Positions 18,641 to 28,100 of a DNA stretch of 34,209 nucleotides are shown piece by piece. The position numbers and the translations under genes were made by a program. Source of the DNA: an uncultured Gammaproteobacteria bacterium (GTDB taxonomy: Bacteria > Patescibacteriota > Patescibacteriia > Patescibacteriales > UBA12465); the NCBI GenBank assembly GCA_964414335.1, contig CAYPWC010000001.1, positions 1-34,209 on the forward strand. The letters run 5' to 3'. Numbering within the stretch: the stretch's first letter is position 1; each line of letters begins with the position of its first letter. The notes below the pieces were generated by a model. The model was not told the DNA's origin, searched no databases, and saw only the letters and a list, made by a program, of their open reading frames with translations.

Positions 18641-19210
18641 ATGAAAAAGTTTTTTATTTTTGTTTGGGAAATTATTAAAGTGGCGGTTATTTCCGCGGCG
18701 ATTATTATCCCTATTCGTTATTTCTTAATCCAACCGTTTTTTGTCAAAGGCGCCTCTATGGAGCCTAATTTTCACGATCATGAATATCTGATTATTGATG
18801 AACTGAGTTACCGGTTTAAGGAGCCGACTAGAGGCCAAGTAATTGTTTTTCGCTATCCGCGTAATCCCCAGGAATATTTTATTAAACGCATTATTGGTTT
18901 GCCTGGGGAAAGAGTGCAGGTTAAAGATGGTCAGGTAAAAGTTTTTAATGGCGATTATCCAGAAGGTTTGGTTTTAACAGAAGCATATTTACCAACCGAT
19001 CAAATTACTTACAGTCAAGACGAAGTAATTGTTACCCTTAAGGACGATGAGTATTATGTTTTAGGGGATAATCGAGGTGCCTCCAAAGATTCACGTTATT
19101 TTGGAGCCGTCAATAAAAGTTTTATTACCGGAAAAGTTTTATTTAGGGGTTGGCCGCTCGACAGAATAACCATTTTTGATCAGGGTTATTGGCCAGAATA
19201 TAATAATTAA
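18641..19210 (+). CDS. lepB: signal peptidase I
   Basis: SD GAGGGTGG at 18627-18634. An N-terminal TM is followed by GASMEPNF (catalytic Ser), IKRIIGLPGERV (Lys box) and GDNRGASKDSRYFG. Confidence 0.9.
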   Translation: MKKFFIFVWEIIKVAVISAAIIIPIRYFLIQPFFVKGASMEPNFHDHEYLIIDELSYRFKEPTRGQVIVFRYPRNPQEYFIKRIIGLPGERVQVKDGQVKVFNGDYPEGLVLTEAYLPTDQITYSQDEVIVTLKDDEYYVLGDNRGASKDSRYFGAVNKSFITGKVLFRGWPLDRITIFDQGYWPEYNN

Positions 19211-19214
19211 TTTT

Positions 19215-20600
19215 ATGCCGAGAAGAAAAAAAAATCAGCCGGAAGCGGCCGCTAAAAAAGTTGAAAGGAGGGGTGATAAAACACCCGGCCGTCTTTTAGG
19301 AATGAAAGATTTAGTTGGCTCAGAACAAACTTGTTATGACTTTGTTGCTAATAAAGCTTTGAATTTGGCAAAATTATATAGTTTTTCAGCGGTGAAAACG
19401 CCGATTATGGAAAGCTTTGACCTCTATAAAAAGTCGAGTCGCAAAAATAATGATAAGGAATTCTATTTTGTTGAGGGTGAGAAAAGTGAGAAAATGGTTT
19501 TACGGCCAGAGCTTACTCAAGGAACGATTCGGGCTTACTTAGAGAATAACTTAGCTGAAAGCGGTTTGCCAGCAAGACTTTTTTCTTTGGGATCTGTTTT
19601 TCGTCGTGAGAAATTACAGTCTGGTCGCTACCGAGAATCAACTCAGCTTAACTTAGAAATAATTGGTGAGAAAAAGCCAATGGCTGAAGCTTTGTTAATT
19701 ACCATTGCCCATAATTTTTTTGAAGAACTGCAAATTAATATGCAGGTTCAAATTAATAGTTTAGGGACGGCAGAATGTCGAAAAGAATATTGTAATAAGT
19801 TACTCGCTTTCTATAAAGAGCGTGGTCGTCGTTCGAAGCTCTGTAATGTTTGTAAAAATAATTTAGGTAAAAATTGTCTGAGCTTACTTGATTGTAAAGA
19901 GGATGAATGTGTTAAGGCGCGCGAAGAAGCTCCGCAAATTGCCGACTATTTATCAGACGAAAGTCGAGAGCATTTTACTAAGACTTTGGAATTTTTAGAT
20001 GAATTAAATATTAACTATAACTATAATCCTTATTTGGTTAGAGGTTTAAATTATTATAACGATACGGTCTTTGAATTTTGGCCGGTTAATGATGAGGGGG
20101 TCGCTTTAGGAAAAGTGGCGCTTGGTGGCGGTGGTCGTTATGACTCTTTGGTGGAAAATTTGGGAGGAGCTTCGACTCCGGCCGTGGGATTGGCCTTAGG
20201 GCTTGAAAGAGCGGTCGGTCGCCTAAAAGATAAACACCTCTTGGCAAATCCGGCTGAAGAGGATATAGTGTTTATTGCCCAGTTAGGAGATCAGGCAAAG
20301 TTGAGAGCTTTACAGCTTTTTCAGGACCTGAGACGGGCAGGCTTTAATGTTAGACAGTCGTTTGCTTCAGACAGCTTAAAGGTTCAGCTCGAGGAAGCGG
20401 TGGCAATGAGAGCAAAAACAAGTTTAATATTAGGTAAAAAAGAAATAATGGATGGAACTATTTTAATGAGAGATATGGACTCAGGCGCTCAAGAGGTGGT
20501 AGTTTACAAGAAAATCAAAGAGCGCTTAGCTAAAAAAGATAAATTAATCGAAAAAAGATTAAATAATAGAAAGGAAGGTGGATTATATGGCGGACTTTAA
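19215..20600 (+). CDS. hisS: histidine--tRNA ligase
   Basis: Motifs LRPELTQGTIRAY, FRREKLQSGRYRESTQLNLE, LVRGLNYYNDTVFEF and GGGGRYD, plus an anticodon-binding C-terminus. I take the ATG at 19215, because the track start at 19176 overlaps lepB. Confidence 0.9.
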   Translation: MPRRKKNQPEAAAKKVERRGDKTPGRLLGMKDLVGSEQTCYDFVANKALNLAKLYSFSAVKTPIMESFDLYKKSSRKNNDKEFYFVEGEKSEKMVLRPELTQGTIRAYLENNLAESGLPARLFSLGSVFRREKLQSGRYRESTQLNLEIIGEKKPMAEALLITIAHNFFEELQINMQVQINSLGTAECRKEYCNKLLAFYKERGRRSKLCNVCKNNLGKNCLSLLDCKEDECVKAREEAPQIADYLSDESREHFTKTLEFLDELNINYNYNPYLVRGLNYYNDTVFEFWPVNDEGVALGKVALGGGGRYDSLVENLGGASTPAVGLALGLERAVGRLKDKHLLANPAEEDIVFIAQLGDQAKLRALQLFQDLRRAGFNVRQSFASDSLKVQLEEAVAMRAKTSLILGKKEIMDGTILMRDMDSGAQEVVVYKKIKERLAKKDKLIEKRLNNRKEGGLYGGL

Positions 20601-20820
20601 GAGAAAACCAGGAGAGAGTTTTGAAAGCTTTCTTCGTAAATTTAAGAAGGGCTTGAAAAACAGCAAAAGATTAGAAAAAGCCCGGTCAAAACAGCATCTT
20701 GAGCCCAAAAATACAAAACGGCTCCAAAAGAAATATGCTTTGACCAGTTTAGCGTTGAGCAAAAAAAATGAACATTTGCGACGTATCGGCAAATTGCCGG
20801 AGAGCACAATGAGACCATAA
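20587..20820 (+). CDS. rpsU: 30S ribosomal protein S21
   Basis: GESFESFLRKFKKGLKNSKRLEKARSKQHLEPKNTKRL matches the S21 pattern (ESFE..LRRFKR...G.L.E.R.R..YEKPS..R). SD GGAAGGTGGA lies just upstream of the ATG at 20587. The gene overlaps the hisS 3' end by 14 nt. Confidence 0.75.
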   Translation: MADFKRKPGESFESFLRKFKKGLKNSKRLEKARSKQHLEPKNTKRLQKKYALTSLALSKKNEHLRRIGKLPESTMRP

Positions 20821-20838
20821 CTGTTTAATGATGTAGAT

Positions 20839-20867
20839 AAAAATCCTCCCTGGTGGGAGGATTTTTG
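20839..20867. terminator. bidirectional Rho-independent terminator between the convergent rpsU and rel genes
   Basis: Stem atcctccc (20843-20850) / gggaggat (20855-20862) with loop tggt. An A-run lies upstream and a T-run downstream. Confidence 0.7.
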
Positions 20868-20873
20868 TTACTA

Positions 20874-22343
20874 CTATCGGGATTTTATTCCGGGGATTAA
20901 ACGTTTAATGTTTTCAAATCGAGAGCGCTTGGCAAATTGCTTTATTTGATCACGAGCGCGGCGGGTTTTAACAAATTTTAACCAGTCCTTATTGGGATGT
21001 TCACGGTTTTTCTCAATGATAATTTCTACTAGATCACCATTTCTTAGCTCTTGATCAAGTCGACCCAGCTTGTCATTAACAATTACTCCTGCAGCTTTAT
21101 TTCCGATATTGCTATGAACAGCATAAGCGAAATCAATCGGTGTTGATTTTTCCGGTAGTTCAAAAACATCTCCTCGCGGAGAGAAAACAAAGATTCGATC
21201 ACGGAAGATGTCGATTTTTATTTTCTTTACCAGCTCCGTGGTATTAGTGATTTCTTTTTGAATATCGATAATTTCTTTGACCCAAGAAGGAGTTTGATAT
21301 CCGGGACCGCCTTTTTTGGCCTTATAGTACCAGTGAGCCGAAAGACCATAAATAGATTCTTCGTGCATTTCACGGGTTCTAATTTGGAATTCGGCGAGCT
21401 TCCCCTCGGGCCCGAAAATGGTGGTATGCAAAGAGCGATAGCCATTCGGTTTGGGAACAGCAATGTAGTCTTTAAAGCGGTTAGGCTTAGGGCGCCAAAG
21501 CGTGTGAATAATTCCGAGAACTTTATAACAGTCATCAATTGTAGGAACAATTATTCTTAGGCCAAAAACATCATAGATTTCATCGAACTGTTTATCTTTC
21601 TCCTGCATTTTCCGATAAATACTATAGAGATGTTTAAATCTAGCTTCAATTTCATAATCAACGGAACTTTCTTTGAGTCGGGGAATCAGAATGTCTTTAA
21701 TTTTTTTAAAAAAGCGATTTCTTTCAATTTTCCTTTCGACTTCATATTTATATTCCAAATCATGAAATTGTTCGGGGTAGAGAAATTTGAAGCAAATATC
21801 TTCCATTTGCCATTTTAAGCGGCCAATTCCTAGGAGGCCAGCAATTGGGGCATAAATTTCCAGTGTTTCTTGAGCAATCCGCTTTCTTTTATCAGGCGGC
21901 AGGTTATCTAAAGTCCTTAAATTGTGAAGCCGATCGCAGAATTTAATAAAAATTACCCGTAAATCATTAGTCATGGCCAGGAACATTTTTTTGAGGTTTT
22001 CCCGATAGCGTTCAATACCGCGATATTTAATCTTTCCTAACTTGGTTACGCCTTTAACAAGGTTATAAACTTCATGGCCAAAAATGCGCTTAACCTCTTC
22101 TAAGTCGTGATTAGTATCCTCAGGAACATCATGCAAAAGGCCGGCGGTAACCGTCGCTAAATCAGCCTTAATTTCAGCGAGAATGTAGGCGGTGTGTAAG
22201 GGGTGTTGGATATAGGGTTCGCCGTTTTTTCGCATTTGCCCTTCATGGGCATTTTCTGCGAATTTAAAAGCTGTTTCTAAAATCGCCGCGTCTTCACCGG
22301 GGTGGTTATCTTGAAATTTTTTTACAATCCTTTCAATCGTCAT
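20874..22343 (-). CDS. rel: bifunctional (p)ppGpp synthetase/hydrolase of the RelA/SpoT family; short form that ends soon after the TGS domain
   Basis: HD hydrolase (HPLHTAYILAEI...LLHDVPEDT), synthetase (FGLRIIVP, YRSLHTTI, FQIRTREMH) and TGS (IFVFSPRGDVFELPEKSTPIDFAYAVHSNIG...LRNGDLVEII) domains are present. Only 489 aa. Confidence 0.9.
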   Translation of the reverse strand: MTIERIVKKFQDNHPGEDAAILETAFKFAENAHEGQMRKNGEPYIQHPLHTAYILAEIKADLATVTAGLLHDVPEDTNHDLEEVKRIFGHEVYNLVKGVTKLGKIKYRGIERYRENLKKMFLAMTNDLRVIFIKFCDRLHNLRTLDNLPPDKRKRIAQETLEIYAPIAGLLGIGRLKWQMEDICFKFLYPEQFHDLEYKYEVERKIERNRFFKKIKDILIPRLKESSVDYEIEARFKHLYSIYRKMQEKDKQFDEIYDVFGLRIIVPTIDDCYKVLGIIHTLWRPKPNRFKDYIAVPKPNGYRSLHTTIFGPEGKLAEFQIRTREMHEESIYGLSAHWYYKAKKGGPGYQTPSWVKEIIDIQKEITNTTELVKKIKIDIFRDRIFVFSPRGDVFELPEKSTPIDFAYAVHSNIGNKAAGVIVNDKLGRLDQELRNGDLVEIIIEKNREHPNKDWLKFVKTRRARDQIKQFAKRSRFENIKRLIPGIKSR

Positions 22344-22369
22344 AAACTGTTTTTCTTTTCCCAGCTTTA

Positions 22370-22378
22370 TGTTATAAT
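22370..22378 (+). promoter_or_regulatory. candidate extended -10 element (TGtTATAAT) for the giant-protein operon
   Basis: TGTTATAAT at 22370-22378 has no good -35. It lies about 60 nt upstream of the ATG at 22437. Confidence 0.3.
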
Positions 22379-22390
22379 AAAGACAGATAA

Positions 22391-22399
22391 ATTATATCA
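22391..22399 (-). promoter_or_regulatory. candidate extended -10 element (TGaTATAAT on the minus strand) for rel
   Basis: The reverse complement of 22391-22399 reads TGATATAAT. TTAAAT/TTTAAA lies 15-16 nt upstream on that strand. Confidence 0.3.
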
Positions 22400-22436
22400 G
22401 GAGAATAAACAATTTAAAAGTTTTTAATTTTTTAGA

Positions 22437-25151
22437 ATGACTAAAAAAATTAAAGTAATCATTTTTATTTTTAGCTTTTTAGCCCTAGGGTTGGGAGCTA
22501 ATTTTGTGTTAGCCCAAGGCGCTGATTTCGGTTTGGAGCCAGTAACGGAAACAATTGATTTGGCTCAATCCGATCCGCGAGTAATTATTGGTCGAATTAT
22601 TCAAGTCGCCCTAAGTTTTCTAGGGGCGATTGCCTTGTTTTTAATCATGTATGCCGGTTTTCAGTGGATGACCTCCGGTGGCGATCAGGAAAAATTAGGA
22701 AACGCCAAAAAGATGCTTCGAAATGCTGTAATTGGATTAATCATTGTCTTGTCTTCTTGGGCAATTACTACTTTTATCTTGACTAAGCTTTTTGATACTA
22801 TTGGTGGCACTGGTGGGAGTATTAATAGTAGTGGTGGAAGGAATTTTGTTGACTCCGGTGTTGGGGCTATTGGTGCTTGTACGATTGATGCCTTTTATCC
22901 GGAAAATGGTCAACCGGATGTCCCGCGTAACACCTCGATTATGGTGAGCTTCAAAGAGCGGATTAGTTTAGCGAGTTTATGTGTTAATAATAGTCAAGAA
23001 GCCTGTAATTGCGATAGTAGTAGCTGCAATAAACTTAACCCGGAGGTAGTTAGAATTTATAAGAGTGATTTGGGCGATGCTTGTTCAAGTGGGTCGTGCC
23101 CGAAGACTAATGCCAATATCACCGACGTCACGGTTAGCGTTTCTAGCGACAATAAAACAATGGTTCTAATGCCGGCTACTTATTTGGGCGATCCGGCTCA
23201 AAATATTTGGTATGCCGTAAAGATTACTGGTGATTTAAGAAAAGAGGACGGCACCTCAATGTTTAAAAACTGTGACAGTAATTACTTTAATTGGAAATTT
23301 CAAGTCGGAACAAGACTAGATTTAACGCCGCCTCAAGTGGCTTTTGGTAATATTTTTCCTCTACCCGACAACGAAAACGATGTTGAAAATCAGGTTGCCT
23401 TAGCGGTTCCAGCTCAGGGCGCGATTACGGTAAATGCTTGCCCTAATACCTATAAGCCGGCTATGGTTTTAAGTGTTAGTCCTATCGGTAATACACCAGA
23501 AGGAATCGTGACACCACTGAATTATCGAGGAACCATCACTAAATTTAAAGTTGTTATTTCTTCTGATTCCCGCGACCGAGCTCAGTTATTTGATGGTAAC
23601 AGTAGTACTAACTTATTAGGTTCTGGTGATTTCGATGCTCAAGGGAATGTTAAATTCGCCTCCTATTTTATTCTTAAGGCCACCGATCGCAACCCAGGAA
23701 ATTCTTGGGAGGTCAGTCTATCGCCAGAACAGCTTGCCGATACTATTAAAATTGGGGAAGCGGTTTATACTTTTTCAAATGCCGCACCAGGTAATAATAA
23801 TATTATTGTTCCTAACAATTGTGAACCAAAAACTCAGGCTAGTCAGATTTATTCGGTATTAAGCGGTGATCCGTTGGTTAACGTCGGCTATCGAGGCGGA
23901 AGCACGGTTACGTTAACTTCTAAAGTAGCTGGAACGGCTGGTGATAAAATTTCTCTTAGCACGACTAACCAAGCCGCTCTTCAAGTGGAGCCGCTTAAAG
24001 GTGGTCGTGATCGTCAAGACTTAGCCGAAACTAAAGACAAGAAGGATGTGCCGATGAATACAGTTATTCAAGTAAATTTTAGTGAGGCTGTTAATCCTCT
24101 GCGCGTTGCTGGCCTTGCCTCAGAAGTCGCAAATTATATTCGTGTGGTTAATTATGATACTGGCAGCAAGACGGCTGGTTCAGCGTGTACGAAAGACGCC
24201 GATTGTCGGTCATATAAATGCGAGGGCTCTGCGGGCAGTCAAACTTGCTTAGGAAATTATGTCGCCGGAAAATTTTTAGTCAGTAATGCTTATCGGACAG
24301 TGGAATTTGTTTCCGACAACGAATGCGGTGTTAATGGTTGCGGAGAAAAGATCTATTGCCTTCCAGCTAATAGTCATTTGGCCGTGGAAATGGTTTCTTC
24401 TGACCTTAAAACTTGCGCCACAGATACTGATTGTGCGGGCTTTGCCCCTTTTAAAACCTGTGCCGCCACTTCTTTGGGATATAAGACTTGCCAGAATTTT
24501 GAAAATAAAAACTATCCGACCGCTACCAGCACTTTAAATGGTATTGTTGATGCGGCGATTAATTCTTTTGATGGTGATCGTGATATTTTTGCTGATGGTC
24601 CAATTGCTTTCTATAATGATAATTTTAAACCAACTGAAAATTTAAATAAAAAAGATAATTATCGTTGGTCTTTCTATGTCAACGATAAAGTCATGTTAAC
24701 CCCTCCTCAGATAGAAAGTGTTACCCCCGCTCAAGGTTTAATGGGTGTAAATTTAGCTGACCCAATTAGAATCTCTTGGAACACTTTAATGATGAATAGT
24801 ACCTTAACCACAGGTAGTCGTATAATTCAGAGTGGAGACAATGTTTTTGAACATAAGCTGATTAATTTAAGAAGCTCTAGTCCCAGCGCCGTTGGTTATT
24901 GGATTTTAAACGATAATATTGATACGGAGCCATTAGACGGTGAACCCGATAAGACTGTTTCTTGGATTAATCATTCGCCGCTTGCGGAGGCAATGTCATA
25001 TCGGGCTCAAGTTGGTTCAGGAGTGAGAGATATTTATCAGAATTGTTTTAAACCGAGCGCAGGGGTTAATTGTCCGGTTACCGCGACTAATCCATCTTGT
25101 TGTTTTGGGGCGGCCACCAGTACTTTAGGGCCAGATGGTAATTGTCAATAA
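22437..25151 (+). CDS. giant surface protein 1 (904 aa): signal peptide + VirB2/TrbC-like two-helix pilin module + Cys-containing ectodomain with several SbsA/Big_5-like Ig domains
   Basis: The signal peptide MTKKIKVIIFIFSFLALGLGANFVLA is followed by QGADFG. The hairpin runs IIGRIIQVALSFLGAIALFLIMYAGFQWMTSGGDQEKLGNAKKMLRNAVIGLIIVLSSWAITTFILTKLF. Ig-like starts are YPENGQPDVPRNTSIMVSF, KDVPMNTVIQVNFSEAV and VTPAQGLMGVNLADPIRISW. The gene ends in tandem TAATAA stops. Confidence 0.85.
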   Translation: MTKKIKVIIFIFSFLALGLGANFVLAQGADFGLEPVTETIDLAQSDPRVIIGRIIQVALSFLGAIALFLIMYAGFQWMTSGGDQEKLGNAKKMLRNAVIGLIIVLSSWAITTFILTKLFDTIGGTGGSINSSGGRNFVDSGVGAIGACTIDAFYPENGQPDVPRNTSIMVSFKERISLASLCVNNSQEACNCDSSSCNKLNPEVVRIYKSDLGDACSSGSCPKTNANITDVTVSVSSDNKTMVLMPATYLGDPAQNIWYAVKITGDLRKEDGTSMFKNCDSNYFNWKFQVGTRLDLTPPQVAFGNIFPLPDNENDVENQVALAVPAQGAITVNACPNTYKPAMVLSVSPIGNTPEGIVTPLNYRGTITKFKVVISSDSRDRAQLFDGNSSTNLLGSGDFDAQGNVKFASYFILKATDRNPGNSWEVSLSPEQLADTIKIGEAVYTFSNAAPGNNNIIVPNNCEPKTQASQIYSVLSGDPLVNVGYRGGSTVTLTSKVAGTAGDKISLSTTNQAALQVEPLKGGRDRQDLAETKDKKDVPMNTVIQVNFSEAVNPLRVAGLASEVANYIRVVNYDTGSKTAGSACTKDADCRSYKCEGSAGSQTCLGNYVAGKFLVSNAYRTVEFVSDNECGVNGCGEKIYCLPANSHLAVEMVSSDLKTCATDTDCAGFAPFKTCAATSLGYKTCQNFENKNYPTATSTLNGIVDAAINSFDGDRDIFADGPIAFYNDNFKPTENLNKKDNYRWSFYVNDKVMLTPPQIESVTPAQGLMGVNLADPIRISWNTLMMNSTLTTGSRIIQSGDNVFEHKLINLRSSSPSAVGYWILNDNIDTEPLDGEPDKTVSWINHSPLAEAMSYRAQVGSGVRDIYQNCFKPSAGVNCPVTATNPSCCFGAATSTLGPDGNCQ
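22572..22793 (+). other. VirB2/TrbC-type (T4SS-pilin-like) hairpin module of protein 1
   Basis: Two hydrophobic helices are joined by a short charged loop (TSGGDQEKLGNAKKMLR). By hand alignment, 46 of 74 residues are identical to the protein-2 module, with no gaps. Confidence 0.55.
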
Positions 25152-25172
25152 TAATATATTTATAATAAATCT

Positions 25173-28100
25173 GTGAAACTGCTGCAAAAAAAAGTTATTA
25201 AAAACCTTTTCGTCGGTATTTTTGTCCTAGCCGGCCTGGTTTTCGTGCGCCTAGTGTTGGCGGCAGATTTTGGTGAGGAGGCTGTTAATAGTGGTCTCGA
25301 CGGTTCTTTGGCAACCGGCGATCCGAGAACTTTAGCTGGTCGAATAATTAATATCGCTTTAGGGTTTTTAGGAACAGTGGCCGTGGGTATAATAATGTGG
25401 GGCGGATTTACCTGGATGACCGCTAGTGGTGATGAAGATAAAATTTTACAGGCTAAGAAGATTCTTAGAAACGGTGTAATCGGTCTAGTTATTATCCTTT
25501 CTTCCTGGGCAATTGCTACCTTTATCTTAACCCGCCTGGGAGGAGCGATTAGTGGTGATAATAGTGGCTGCTTTGATGGTCAAATCCAGGCTTGCGGTTG
25601 TGGCGGTCAAATGGTTTGCAGTGACGGTTCTTGGGGTGCTTGTGTTGGTTCTAATATTCAAGATTGTTTAAATGCTCCGACGAGTTGTGATGGCGGACTG
25701 GCCGCTGGTTGTCAGGCCACCGACCAGATTTGTGCTGCCGGATATTTTTGTGATGATAGTTGTTTCTGCCGAACTCAAGGAGATTCGGGTGATTCTTGCG
25801 ATGGTAATTTGAATAATCAAAAATGCGATGCGGACAATAATCGCTGTTCAGAATATTTGACTTGTAATCCAGACACTTGTCTTTGTGCCGGCCCGCCAGT
25901 TATTACTGGGCTTAGTCCGGTGGGGGGATTTTGTAATGCTAATCCCGATAAGCCGTGCAGACAAAACAGTGAATGTGGCGCGGGTGACACTTGTAATCAG
26001 TTAGCGGCCAATGGTGCTTCTAACAACTTTTTAACTATTTTTGGAAAGAACTTTGGCGAATATGTGGAAGGAGCTAGCCAGGTAGTATTTTTGGGGAACA
26101 ACAATCCTCAAGCGGGAGTATTACCGTCGGTGATTAATCCAGCTTGCGTTAGCTTTTGGACTGATAAGCAGATTGTAATCGCTATCCCCACGGGAGTTAC
26201 CACTGGCGCCATTCAGGTTATAAATAGCGAAAGCCTAACTGATAGTAGTGGTGATAACTATGGTCCACGCTTAGCGGATTTTGTTGCTAATAAGATTAAT
26301 CGTCCCGGGTTATGCTCTCTTGATCCTAGCGTAGGGGTTTTGAGTTCCGAGGTTAACTATCAAGGAGTAAATCTTTTCTCTGGTCAGGCCTATTTTGGCA
26401 ATTATCAAAGCAATGTGAGCGGCCTTTATTCTTCCTTTGATAATCCTACGGGTTTTTCTGGTGTTTCTTTAACACCTAACATTAAAGAAGGAGAATCGGG
26501 CAGCTTTGTGGAGCGGGTGGTAGCGGGTTATCCGCAGAAAAGTAACTATTTGAAATTTATAAAAGACGCCGAAGAGGGCGATGGACCATATATTTCCTCT
26601 TTCACGCCATTAGTGGGAACCGCTGGCCAATATATTACCATTAAAGGCTCTGGTTTTGGTGGCGCGAGAGGCAATAATCAGGTTTATTTTGTTAGTGGAA
26701 GCAATAAAATTGAAGCTTCATATTTATTCCCGGCAATTTGTGCTAATTCGGTTTGGAGTGATAAGCAAATTATTATTAAGGTTCCTGAGGGGTTGGTTAA
26801 TGATTATTATCAACTGGAAATTTCTTTAGGAGCTAAAACTATTTCCAGTCAGAATTTGAATCCTAATACTTTTGAATATAATCAAAATACCGCTCTTAAA
26901 ACCAGTTTATGTAAAATCGATCCGGAGCAGGGTTCAATTGATACCCCGGTTACTTTATGGGGGGAATATTTTGGTCAGGTGGGGGGGAATGGTTTAGTGC
27001 GCTTTAGTACTAATCGTGACGCTAGCGGAGTAATTGCTAAGGAGGAAACGGCGGATGTTATTAAAACGACAGTTCCTAAAGAAGCGGTTACGGGTGTAGT
27101 TAAGGTTATCAAAAATAATGATTGGGGTAATGAGTTGAACTTTGCAGTCGGAGAATGTACTCAAGATAGTGAATGCAATAATCAAGTTTGTTGTCCTAAA
27201 AATACCTATCGTGAAGGGCGTTGCATGTCTTCACTTGCAGAATGTTTTGTTAATGTTCCGACTTCAGTTTTTGAATGGAGTTTTAGCACTAGTTTCGATG
27301 CGACCAATAAGCCAGTCTTCGATAGTTGTTTAGGTTTATCTAAATACTTGGGAAGTTGCTATCAAGGAGCGTCTTGTCCAAATTCTCCGGGCGCCTGCTC
27401 TTCACCGTCAACCGATTATCAAGAGGTGGTGGGAAGCTGTGATTTTAGTTGCCAGAACGTTCCTGGCTGTACAGCCGCTACTTGTATTTATAATCCTGAT
27501 CTTAATCGTTGCGTTTTAAATGTTAGTAGCGGTGTTTGTGATTTAGCAAAAGAAACTACTTTTAATATTTTTGGTCGGGAGTTAACCACTAAACAAACGT
27601 GTAACTCTGAGGGTAAATGGGAAATTACTACCGCCGGTTCTTGTCCTGATGGCTGGGTTAGACAAACAAATAATCGTTGTGTTTTTGAAAGTGCTAGTTG
27701 TAGTCTTTGTGGTTCTGACTTAACTTGTGAATCGGTAAGTGGCAGCGGTCGTTGTGTTTCGGAAAAAATTTGTGCCGGTGAAGCTAAATGCATTGACAAT
27801 CCGATAGTTGGTGAGGCGGATAAATGCGTAATCGCGGTTGAACCTAGTTGTGAGTGCTGCTGTCGGATTGGAAAAGATGCCGAAGATTGTTGCGCGGGTC
27901 TAACTTGTGCTGGAGAATGCGGCTCGGACTTAGTAAATGATAGCGATACCTATGGATCTTGTTCAGGCTGTGCTTTGCAGGGATCAACTCAAGCCGAATG
28001 GGATGCAGCTTGTAATTGTTCTGGGCATGGAGCTCAGTTTTGTGCCGTTACTTCAACCCATCCCGAAGGAATTTGTTCAGATTGTAGTAAAATAGGCGAC

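Noticed and set aside
19776-19912. Cys cluster in HisRS (CRKEYC...CNVC...C...C..C) as a possible novel zinc module
   Set aside because: It aligns with the normal HisRS insertion domain, where CxxC and LDCK motifs already occur in well-known bacterial HisS proteins such as the Bacillus type. It is probably family-typical.
9469-20600. ORF-track start codons at 9469, 13347, 17473, 19176 and 20578
   Set aside because: These are the longest-ORF starts, several of them TTG or GTG, and they overlap the preceding gene. Internal ATGs at 9523/9535, 13383, 17482, 19215 and 20587 fit gene spacing, RBS positions or family N-termini better.
22396-22402. CAGGAGA Shine-Dalgarno-like sequence upstream of giant gene 1
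   Set aside because: It lies about 35 nt from the ATG at 22437 and no ATG, GTG or TTG follows within normal spacing. It overlaps the candidate minus-strand promoter for rel.
22437-25541. The VirB2/TrbC-like modules might mark a conjugative element or T4SS island (mobile element)
   Set aside because: There is no relaxase, VirB4/VirD4 ATPase, VirB6, integrase, flanking direct repeat or tRNA target in the window. The upstream flank is housekeeping, and composition does not change sharply at 22437.
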